Below are positions 38,308-49,559 of a stretch of 64,000 bases of DNA, piece by piece. This stretch comes from Marsupella aquatica (taxonomy: Eukaryota > Plantae > Marchantiophyta): assembly GCA_973895155.1 (NCBI GenBank), contig OZ316898.1:4154480-4218479 (forward strand). The letters are read 5' to 3'. Each line of letters starts with the position of its first letter. Position 1 is the first letter of the stretch. A model generated the notes under the pieces. That model was not told the DNA's origin. It saw only the letters and a list, made by a program, of their open reading frames with translations, and made no database searches. The position numbers were made by a program, and so were the translations under genes.

Positions 38308-41300
38308 TCATATGATCTTGTTCTTTACAAAATCATCAAGTAAACTTGCATCATGATCATGCAAGACAAACACATTAGGAGTAGCTGGAGCTACTGAAAG
38401 GCTCACTGTGGATATAACAGTCCAAATCAATCCATTGAGGATCACACATATCATATCAAAATTTTGTTCTCCCACTACAGGGACTGAACCAATTGAACAG
38501 TACTTCACACACAGCTGATCCATCATCCACATTGCCAGGCCTATCAAGTAAGTCAATAGGTTCCCTGCATCTTCCCCATTTGTTGATATATTTTTTCCGA
38601 ATCATTTGAACTCTTCCAATCCACCAAACATACTTTTCCACTCTTGGAATGGATCCTACAGACACAGCTTCACCTCTGCCTCCCTTCTTTGAAACTTTTC
38701 TTCCAGAGGTTGAGGTAGGTTGTCCTTTTCCCTTCCTTGACAATGCTTTCAGTAGACCTTGAGACCTGGTTTCTTTACCAGGTTGTGGATCTGCTACAAA
38801 ATACACTCCACAGTCCATACCATAAGACATGAACATTGTTGGAACCCCTTCTTGATCTGATCGTTTATCAACCAGATTATTGAAATAAACACTCTGTTTC
38901 ACCCTGGTTAATCGATCCTTACTAAGACTAGGATTTCCAGTTAGTTGACTCACCAATGTACTTCTGTATATATAACGATTACCACAACTAACCATGGGAA
39001 CCCATTTGGGTTGTCCAAGAACTACTGGACCTTCATTCAACTCAGCACACAATTCACGGATAGTTCCCTGGAGTTCTCCTTGGGCAATAACTTCATCCGC
39101 CACCCCATCTCCTTCAACTATATCCTCTGTAATAACAGCAGCAGAGGAGCCCACCACAAGATGTGGCTGCTGCTCTGATTCAGGTTGGTCCTCCACAGGC
39201 AAAGTCTCCACTATAATGTCACACCAACCTCCTTGGTCCCTTCCCTTTGCCTCTACTGCCCAAGGTGATGTCCACCACAGACAATTTCTGCATGATGTGG
39301 AGGGGTTCATTTGAACTAGAGTAGCTGCATCTTGGGCCAAAGAAAAACCTTCTTTCAATGCTATCACTATCTCATCATTGGTATTGATGCCACTATAATC
39401 TGTGAAATCTGCATCTTGATATCCCTCTGAAAAATGTATTTTCATCCAAATATTTTTATGTTTTTTTATGACTCTTCCCAATACCATGGATTCCATCAGT
39501 TAAATCCATTTCTGCTAAGCGGTTTAATGATGTGGCGCAATCTACCAATTCAGCCTCATCATAACAGCGTTCTGTTCCTTTCATTCCCCCCACTTTGGAG
39601 AAAAATTGCTCACAACTATCTGAATCGGTTAAATGCAAAGGGATAGGTAAACCAGGGAATTGATCTCAAAATTGGATAATGAGAAGCACTACAAAGTGCA
39701 ATGACATTTGAACATCCAAGAATGTTTGCATAGAGACCATATTGCTCATAGTAATCTGCTGTCTGTTACCCCCTACTTGGTGATTTCCATGGAACACCCA
39801 TAATCGTCACATTCTCAATAAAAATGAGACTTTTCCACAAAGAACCACTTTTTCCCTCAGAGTAAGTGTTTTGTTGGCAAAAATGTCAACATAATCTGCA
39901 CACAGCGACAAATAGACCTCTGTTCCGGCACATTGCTCATATCTTGCATCCTTTCTACTTCTCAACTCTTTCATACACAGAATTACCTTTCTGCTACAGA
40001 TTCTTTGAGCACTTGTCCAATTTTGTCTCTCGTTTCTAGACATGTCTTCTAGGGTTAAACCATGCTCTGCAATAGAGTATGTTTTACTTACCTGTTCAAC
40101 ATGACTAAAGCTAACAAGTGTAGCACCGAATTTCAATACCTTTGCAGCAGAATCCAATGGATTGATTAACTTTTTGGCATTATGAATGTAATCCTGGTCA
40201 TGTAATCTATGAGCATAAACTTTGTCTCCCACCTGTAATACAGAATGGCTCAATGGCCACCCTATCCATCCAACATTTTGGCGTCTGTGTGTTACTCCTG
40301 GACTTGAATTTGTCCCTACAAAATCTTCTAACATCAACTTCCGTCTTCGTGAATCTTCATCATTGGCATGACCCAACAATGGCCCAACTGACATAGAGCA
40401 AATCTCTGTCCAGAGATGAGTCCAGAGAGCATCAATCTCATTCCACTATTTTCTAACCCATAGAGCATCAAATGTGTTGCAAGTTGTCATGCACACCATA
40501 CATAGTCTTGGAAACTCTTTATGCAAAGGGTTCACCATAATGCAGCGGACTTGTCGTCCCACCACATTGTTTTCAAATGCTTTCAGTACATTATTGAAAC
40601 CCACATCACCCTCTCCTACCTTGATCTCCAACCCTGGAATGCAAACATGATCTGTTTTTGTTCCACATAAACCCAATAGCGTGTCATGCTTTGGCAACCT
40701 CAGGGGGGTCACTTCCATGGAAGTGGCATATCATGTGCGACGAAGTATAGGGCCATTTAAATGGTTTTGGCGGAAGACTTATTAAGTCTTTTATGGAAAT
40801 ATAGGGTTGTTTAATTGCAAAATGCATACATGTCATCACATGATTGGTGCCGTACAACTTTCTAGAAAGTGACTTAGGGGGGTCATAAATGACTTAAACA
40901 GTCGCACGTGATGTATGACCCTTCATATAGTGACCCCCCCCCCCCCGAGTTGGCAACCATCTAACTATCCTCTTCACACAGGTTTCATCCTCTGCTAAAT
41001 AGCAAGGCAATGGACCATGCATGCCAATGTTAGTCTTGATCTTGCCATAGATGTCAACAATGAATTTAAATTGCTGAGCATGGACACCAGCTCTAAATTC
41101 AGACATCCCTCCACGGTCTCTCTGTAAAGTAATTAGACTAGGTCCAATCATGTTGGTTGCTAAAAAATCAACCACATGTCTTCCCCCATGCTGGTATAGA
41201 GCTTGACAAATTATTCTAGAACCTTTCTTCCATCGGTGACCTGTTGCTAACTTATTAATCTGATTACTTGCTATATATGTCATCAAATCCCACACTGCTT

Positions 41301-43180
41301 CCCGTCCACCAAATGCACCTTTCCTGTGTGCAATGATGATTGAGTTGCAGAATTTCAACACAGAGCCTTGAGACACAGATTGTTGACACATATCACGCAA
41401 TTTAGGTACCCTTGCTTGGAGCATGACAGCACTTGCTTGCAAGCTCCTAATCCACCGTTGGTAATAGTGAATAGTTCCACTGTGAAGTCTGGCTTGCCTC
41501 AGAATCTCATCCACAGTCATGTAACTCAACCGCAAGCCTTCGCTTGTGTCTCTACTTCCTCTCTTTCTCACAGCATTTGATTCTCTATAAACTCTCAATC
41601 GGAAGTCTGTCATTGCTTGAATACTCCACCAATGTTGGCATGTCATATCCTCAAATCCACTACAAGATATTCTACTATAGTGTATGTGTCTGAATGTCCC
41701 TTGCACATGACAATATTCTCCTCTACTCATATTAAATACCTCCTCATCTACATAGGGTTCTGTATACCAAAATCCCCCTGGTTTGAAATCTTTTAAAATG
41801 TCCTTGATAGGCCTGGCTTGCCTGGAAATATTGGATCGAAAATGCCACAATCCCCAACATAAATATGAAGTTGGATTGGTTAACGAAGGGTCACCTTTCC
41901 CTCTCTCCTGGGCAGACCTTGATGATCTGCTGCTCTGCCCATTGTGAGAGTTAGCTCTTGAGGATCTGCTGCTCTGCCCACTTTGAGAGTTGTCTGTTAA
42001 GAAAAATAGACCAATTTTTCTTTGTCTTTTGTCTGGGCCAGTTGGCTTTGGTGGCCTTCCTGCCCTTCCAGAAGACACAGGAGCACCTTTGGAATTCTTA
42101 CAACTCCTATCATAAGCTTCAATGTGCTTTGAACTTGCACAATGTTGGGACAAATTAAACTCCAAGTTTCTTTGCTTGGGAACCAAGCGAATCAATTCAA
42201 AACAATAGTAACATCGGACTTTGAAAAAGTCTAAATGAAGAGGTTCTCGATGAAGGTCACCAAGGATTTCAAAAGTGACATGCTCTCCTTCTTGAGATAC
42301 ATTTACACTCTCCACAATTTTCACATGCTGGTCAAGAATAGCTTGGTCATCTTGGACAGTTGGTCTCTACACAGTTGCCTGTACATCTTCTGCACTTGCT
42401 GGACGTTTTCTATTCCTCAACATAGAAGAAACGTGTTTGTTGGTTATCAAATGTTTCTTTCTATAATTGATGAAACAGTTGCTAATGGTGCTTCTCTCCA
42501 TGACCCCCCCTCGGGATGATCCATGAAACTGTTCATCACAAATGTTCAAGACAATGAATGTTGCCCCTGGGGCTATTGTCCTGGTCCCAAGTTTTCACTC
42601 TCCAGCGATGGTCACAGAAGGTCTCAGAAGCCATTAACTCTTGGAGTCTCTTAGCTTCACGTTCCCATAATTTTTTGTGTTCAGGGATCATAAGCTTTGA
42701 CAAAAACTCTACTTTTGAAACTTCTTCTAGGGCATTGTCTACTTCCATGGGTACCTCTATAGCAGGCTCTAGAAGGTTAGGATGCACATCTTCCTCTGGC
42801 TGCTCTTGTGAACCAGTGTTTGTAGAGACTGCCTGACTATTAGATGCAAATGTGCTACTGAGGAATGGAGGTGTACAAGAATCAAACTCCAGCTCCTGTC
42901 TATCATGTTTATCTTGGGAAACTTCAGGTACAGAGTCATACACAGGAATGACAGAGATACTGGATCCAAAATCTTCCACCAAATTTACTTTCTCCCAAGG
43001 AATGTGCATCCTTGAGCCTATGAGGCTGTCAATAAATTGGAATGGGAAGTCAAACAGGCCACGTTCCTCAACAGTTTTTCTAAAGCCATGGAAAGTTTCT
43101 CCAGATTTATAGCTAAGAGACCCTATAAGCAGTGGAGATCCGCCCTCCTTCAAGACCTTATAGACTACCATAGCCACCAT
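38308..43180 (-). pseudogene. P-element/THAP9-like DDE transposase with N-terminal zinc fingers, disrupted
   Basis: Motifs in P-like order: YLAEDET, GHANDEDSRRR, DQDYIHNAKKLIN (DxxH), ERQNWTSAQRICS, DSDSCEQFFS. Two CxxC...H...H clusters upstream, e.g. CYYC...SQHCASSKH. Stops at 42367, 40446, 39807 and 38456, frameshifts near 42545 and 39500, and a MITE insertion. Confidence 0.72.
40699..40949. mobile_element. MITE family A, divergent copy (251 bp, 8-bp TSD)
   Basis: Ends CTCAGGGGGGTCACTTCC and ATAGTGAC(C)nGAG. TSD TTGGCAAC at 40691-40698 and 40950-40957. Shares TGGCATATCA.GTGCGAC.AAG.ATAGGG with the other two copies. Confidence 0.9.
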
Positions 43181-45579
43181 GTTGCAGTATAGACATCCAA
43201 ATTTAAAGATGATTCACACACTCCTGCAAACATTAACAATAGAAAGAGGACTTAAAAGTTGAAAAAACCCAATAAATATAATGTGTCAACAGACAATTAT
43301 CTTTGTAGAGGCTCACCATGAGTCCACCTACATTAACATCCGTATTCAATTGACACACAGGTTAAGGAGGCAAGTGGGGAGGCAAGGCCTTTGAATTGTA
43401 GTAGCACAATTTCTTGCCACAACCTATAGCAAACAAACAGGTCTTTTGTCTCTTCAAAGCTGGATAGTTACATGAATCTCATCCAAGGCAGGTTGTTTTC
43501 GAATGATCCAGTCTCTTCAGGCGTTTTAAATGGCCCAATGCTTGGACAGAAGCATATCAGGAATATCAATAACAGCTGATAGTTGGCCTGTATGGTGGAG
43601 GACCATGTCAAGCATGATAGAACACAGGAATTATTGGAGGCATTTGTTTAAACCATCCAAAGAAAAGTCTGCATTTAGTTGCTTAGTATGACTTCAATAA
43701 GCTTTCAAGCAAACAATTATTAACTCGATCTAGACCAGAGAGAGAATTAGTGTTTGATATGAGGATGAGAAAAAACATAGACAGACCTACAGATTCTCAC
43801 CAATAGAGACCACATCCACAAGACAAACCCCAAGAGAGCCTTGCCCCATCCCGGCCATTTCTCTTGGTGATTCGCGTTTTAAGATCCATGCAGCTTTCTC
43901 CGAAGTTGTTCAGGTGGGAAGGGTCATACCCTTTGCTGGCAAGGACTCTTGCTTTAATGTAAGCACAAGAGGGTATGGGATCTGCACATGGCCTTCATTA
44001 GCTTGTCCTAGTATGGCCTTCTCTGTTTATAACAGTGTAGCTTGTCCCAATTATCTGGTTTTTTGTTTGGTACAGAGTAGCTTGTCCCAATCTGGTTTTC
44101 TGTTTGGAACAGAGTAGCTTGTCCTAGTATGGCTGCATTGAGCTTGTCCACATAAAGTTTGTCCCAATTGTGCTAGATCCATGTGCAGTCGGGGCCAAGC
44201 CCACACTCCAATCCCTCTCCTCAGAGTTGGTGGGTCTGTTTGACATTTACTCACAGACTTCCTCTTTGTAAGTTGAATAATCCACAACCAAGAATATCTC
44301 CTGGACCACCCACATCTAAAGACTAGGCTCTAAACTCTCTGCCATTGGCAATCACCTCCAAGGCCCCCTCCCCCTCGCAGGCAACCTGCCTCTCCCCAAG
44401 TAGCGCTAGGCTGTTGGGGCATCACTTTCCAACAGTCTCCACCAAGGGCATGACTTCCTTGGGGTCTACTTAGATTTGAGTATCCCTGCCAGCCCACACA
44501 TGCAAGTGCAGGAAAAGAAATAACTGAAAGAAATAAATGACTCCTAATTTAATCTCACCTGGGTAACATGCACATTTCCTGTTCGTTAGGTGTAATAGAA
44601 AAAAATTGAAATTGAATAGCCATAGAACACCTCAGTCATAAAATAAAATACAAGATAATAGAATGATATGATTCAGAAGGTTGAATGAATGGCCTACCTC
44701 TGCCAAATTTGCAAAGAGTGTTGGTGGGACACTACCTTTCCAGTAAGAATTGTTTTAGTACCTTCAAGGTACGTAATAACCAATATTAAGCCACTACAAC
44801 ACTATGCACCTCTTTTGCGAACCACCACCCTTCGCATCATACAAAGGAAACAAAATCCGAAATACCCAATTTGCGAACTTACTCGCATCGCAACGTCTTC
44901 GCTACTTCCCATCTCAAATTCTTCGCAAACGGCCCTTCGCAACTACTTCGCGACTTGCGATTCTAAATACGTCGCAACATCTCCGCAACGTTGCGACGGC
45001 ACTATCCTTGCAAATATTGAGAAACGACAAATTTCATTATTTTGCGAGAACAAATGAATCGCTTGCGTTGCGATAACATTTACATCGCAATTTCCGATGT
45101 TAAATTTCTCTATAACTTGCGATGCAAACAAACTCGTAAGATTGCGAGAAGCGGATGACCACTTTGTTGCGAAGGCATTTAACTCGCAAACGTGTGGAGA
45201 GTAAGTCTTCGCTAGGGTTGTGATTTAGACAACATCGCAAGTGTTGCGATGCGTTTCTCCTCGGAATGGTTGCGATACGTTCACCGTGGCTCTTTGAGAT
45301 GGGGGTTGGTTCTCAAAAGCTTCGCAAAATGTATATTTCATGGGTTTTTGTGTATTTGGGTTAGGGTGAGGGTGAGGGAGACCATTCATGGGTTTTGAAG
45401 GAGGGAGGAAAGTGATGTTGACCCAGTCTGCCGCAATTAAAATGGCATTACTGAAAAAGTACAAAAGTTACAAAATGGAAGGGTAAAAACCCTTAGGTAA
45501 AGTGCCACGGCCATGCATGCTGATCGCTATACATGTGAACTCGATGTAAGTGCTCTAGCTACAACTTGTCTACATCGAG

Positions 45580-47677
45580 CTAGAAAGGAGTGTTCCTGCC
45601 CCTCCTTGCCTTCTTCCCCTTGGCCTTCTCCTTGCCCTTGTGTGCTCTTGGGGGGGGTGCAACCTGGACTTCCTCCTCCTCTTGGTCACCCTCGGGGTCA
45701 CCCTCATCCTCATCCTCATCCTCATCCCCACCTCCACCGCCCTGGCTTGCCGCGCTACCACCCCCAGCACCACTGGAACGTGCTGATGCAAATGACTGGT
45801 CTCCAGTGCTAGTTGGCCTGGCTTGAGTAGCAGGAGCTGTGTTCCCCTCCCCTGTCCCCTCCACATCCTCATCACTACTATCGGTGCCACCCTCGGTATG
45901 GGAGTCACCATCCTCCCCTCCCTGCTTCCATTAGCAAACCAGGGTGTCTGTTAGTCTCATATTCTTTACAAGTGTGAACAAAAGAGATATTCATTCAAAA
46001 TTGTAATGAATGTAATAACCTAAAAATTCTCACCAATAATTCATCAACTTGCTGAAAGAGATGCTCCTTCCCATGTTTCTGGCCCACCTCCATCTCAGCC
46101 GCCGTAATCTTCCTCTTGTACCTCTTGTACTAAGCCAAAACAAAACCAGCACAATTGGGTTAACACCAACCCATAACCCGATTCACATGGCTTCTAAAAA
46201 TTAGGGGGTTTGTTGGGGTTGGTGGGGTGGTGCATCAAGGTTTTGGGGTTATGGAGTGTGGCATATATGGGGAAGACCCTCAAAGAACACTTAAACGATC
46301 GGAAAATTTAAAAATTCAAATTTTTGAAAATTTGCGAAGGCGCCAGCTTCGCAATCATAAGGACAATTACGTTTGCGAAGCTGGTTGCGATGCGAACGTC
46401 TTCGCAACGCCTTCGCAAACGTAAGCAAAAAAAGGGCATAATAAGGTTTGCGAAGGATTTGAGAAGCTACCCGCATCGCAAATGTATCGCAAACTCTGTC
46501 ATGGCAAAAACCCGAGAGGGAAGCAACTGTACGTGACCTAATCTGACACAACAAGTCTAATTGTAACTACTTGGTGGAAATGCAAGAAAGAGTTGGCTCA
46601 TTGCAGGTGTGTTGGAATAGGAATTGGAGTAGCAAGAAGTCAAGGGAGGAGAGGGAGGTGCACTCACGAATGCTGCTTTGAGGCCGGGGAGGCCACCTTG
46701 ACCCAGCCTGTGGGTGATGTTGGGCTTGTCTCGGACTCGCTCAGCTGCCTTCAGGAACTTGTTGGGTGGATCGCCTACTTTTGCTACAACCTGCTGGAGC
46801 TGGGCTACCTTCTGCTCCATCACCTTCAGGTCCCGGTCAGACTTCCTGGCCTCCTTTGCCCTTCGAGCCTTTGCCAGCTTCTCTGTGAAATCATTGAGGA
46901 GCCTGGCTGCTTTCAACTTCACCTCTGTCTGGTAGAAGGCCTGCCAGATATCTTCTGAGAATTGCAGCGGCCTCTGCAAATTCCTATACTCCTCCAAATC
47001 TCTAAGGTGAGACCTGATCTTCATTCTATCATGGTATCTAGCTTGTGACATGGAGTTTGAAATTTTGTCAGCAAGCCACTGTGAATCCATCTCTCCTCCA
47101 TTTCGAAATGCATCTTTCACCTGATTGATGACTCGCTTCTGCTCTGCCTTTGAGCGAGTGCCCCACTCGACTCCTCTTGCAAAATTTGTGGATACAATGT
47201 GCCTGATTGTGCTCTTGGCCCCATTGTAAGCAAGCTCGGTGGGAATCCCCTCATCCTCTAAAGTAATCAGAGGCAGCTTCCTCCTTGCTGCCTCCTTCTT
47301 TCTTTGCTCCTCCCTCTGTTTCCTGATCAGGTCTCTCTCATCTTTCCTCCTCTTCTTTTCCAATGCTTGAGGCGAGAGCACTCCAGCCTGAGCTCTCTCG
47401 TCCCTCTTTCGCTTCCTCTCAGCAGCCGCCTGCTCTGCTGCCTTCCTTGCATCCTCCTCCACTGCTGCTTGCCCTGCAGTGAGACCTGCTTGCAAGGCTT
47501 GGCCCAGAAGGGCACTCAATGATGCCAGCCCTGCTGGACTGGTGAAATCAATTTGACTCAACTGTGCAACCGAAAAATGCTCATCCACAATCGCCTTCAA
47601 TCGATCCCCCCCCCTCGGTTGCCTCCGCTGCTGCCAAAAGCTCCTCCATCACCACCAGTCCCCTCTTCGCTCGCCAT
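45580..47677 (-). CDS. CACTA TnpA-like (ORF2) gene, divergent from TnpD
   Basis: The 347-aa ORF has RPLQFSEDIWQAF...NITHRLGQGGLPGL (Transposase_24-like) and a GT donor at about 46667. Further exons at about 46030-46130 and 45580-45920 end in an acidic tract and basic KGKEKAKGKKARR. The likely ATG (47677) is out of frame by one base at a C9 run (47606-47614). Confidence 0.62.
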
Positions 47678-48399
47678 CGCTCCGCCCTTGCCCTCGTTGC
47701 TCTCCTCAGGCCTGAATGAACTGAATCCGCCTTGTCCGCGCTCGGCAATCCATAAGGATTCAAAATATTGGGCTTTGCGATTCGTTTTGCATCGCAGTTT
47801 GTGATGCATCGGCCTTCGCAAAAAGCTTCGCAAATTCTATCTTTGCGAAGCTTCAAGATTCACAAAAGCCTTCGCTATTTGGTTTTGCCATAACCCCCGT
47901 CTCGCATGCGTATTTGATGTGTTGTTAGGGATACTAAGGGGGCTTATGAACATTAAATGGGGTAGATGTAGAGGATTATGTTGCATTTTAGTGGGATGTG
48001 ATGAGATAAGGATTGGGGGGGTTAGAAAATTGAAGGAGTTATATTGCAGGGTAAGAGGAGGGGGTTTGGCCTGGTTAGGGGAGGGTTTCTTTTGTGAAGG
48101 TTGGGCTTAGATTGGCTTAGATACGAGGGGTTTTATGTTTTGGGTTTGCAGGGGGTTTTATTTATGAAGGTTGGGGTTATATGTATTGGAGGGTAAGAGC
48201 TAGGAGGGGTTTTATGTTTTGGGTTTTGGGGTTTAGGCCAACTTAGGAGGGTTTGAAAGAGAGGTTTCAGTTTTATAGTATCTTGGGTTACTTTTATGGT
48301 ATCTAAGGAGGGTAACCAAGAGGGGTGGCATATAATTATGGTAGAGAGAAGCATAGGATGGTTGAAGGGAATTGACCATTTAGGTTTTTGCTAACTTCA

Positions 48400-49420
48400 T
48401 TGGCTTACGCTTTTAGAGTTCCCAAGGGTCTATGGTGGGTTTTTATTGCATGACACTCACCTTTCACTTGAAGCGGGATGAGGTTTTGGTTTTTATGCTA
48501 ACAATTGAGGGAAATCCCATGTAATCATGATCCAGTGCAGGACCATCACTGCTTCCTCAACTTTTGTCTAATGCATATGCATTGTGGGAACCCGGACATC
48601 TAAAAGGTATATTTAAACATGTATGTTAGCAGGGTTTGATAAAGAGATTGTTCATAAACCTTGCCCTTCTTTGTTGTGCAAGAATATCTATATGCACATG
48701 TTTGGGGGTCTACAACTTGAGAGAAGCTAATGGCTATCCAAACTTACTTTTTTGTTTCCAGTATTTTCCTCGTGCTTCTAGATTCAGCTCATGTTCAATG
48801 AGCCACACGACCTACAGGCACTATTGAGTCCGGATCTCATTCAGGTAATTATTGTCCAACTTCATTCTGGGCTTAGGCCTTTAGAGTTTTCCCAGGGGTC
48901 TAGGGTGGGTTTTTATTGCATGACACTCACCTTTCACTCGAGGGGGGATAAGGGTTTAGGGTTTAGGGTTTTATGCTAACAATTGAGGGGAAAACCCATG
49001 TAATCATGATACAACGCAGGGCCAACACTACTACCTCAACTTTTGTCTAATGCATATGCATTGTGGGAACCCGGGCATCTAAAAGGTATAACATCATGTA
49101 TACAGTCAATGTTGTTAGTACAGATTTTTATGCTTGCCCTTCTTTGTTGTGCCATGATATATGTGGGTAAATGTCTAAGATTCCACAACTTGACGGCTGC
49201 TAATTACCATCCAAACTTACATTTTGTTTCCAGTATTTTCCTCCTACTTCTAGATTTGGCAAATGTTCCAAAAGCCACGTGACCTATAGGCACTGTTGAG
49301 CCCGGGTCTCATTCAGGTAATAATCTAACCTCACTTAGGACATAGGGTATTACAATTTTCCCAAAGGTTATAATGTGGTTTCTTCTTGCATGACACTCAC
49401 CTTAATTTGGGTTTCATGCT
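48400..49420. repeat. About 2.2 copies of a ~470-bp tandem repeat inside CACTA-2
   Basis: TTGCATGACACTCACCTT recurs at about 48446, 48916 and 49386; CAACTTTTGTCTAATGCATATGCATTGTGGGAACCCGG at about 48558 and 49037. Confidence 0.88.
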
Positions 49421-49559
49421 AACAAATATAAAAGGGTAATAAAACCCCATGTATAAACCAACCTAATTGTTTTTTGAGTTCATTTTTTTTAAAATCGCTT
49501 TATATATGGCCTAATTTTTCCTAATCATGCCCTACATGCAATGTAATGTGGCAGTGGAT

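Noticed and set aside
42500-42516. TGACCCCCCCTCGGG resembling a family A MITE terminus
   Set aside because: Lies within the transposase coding frame (SRGGVM) with no partner end or TSD.
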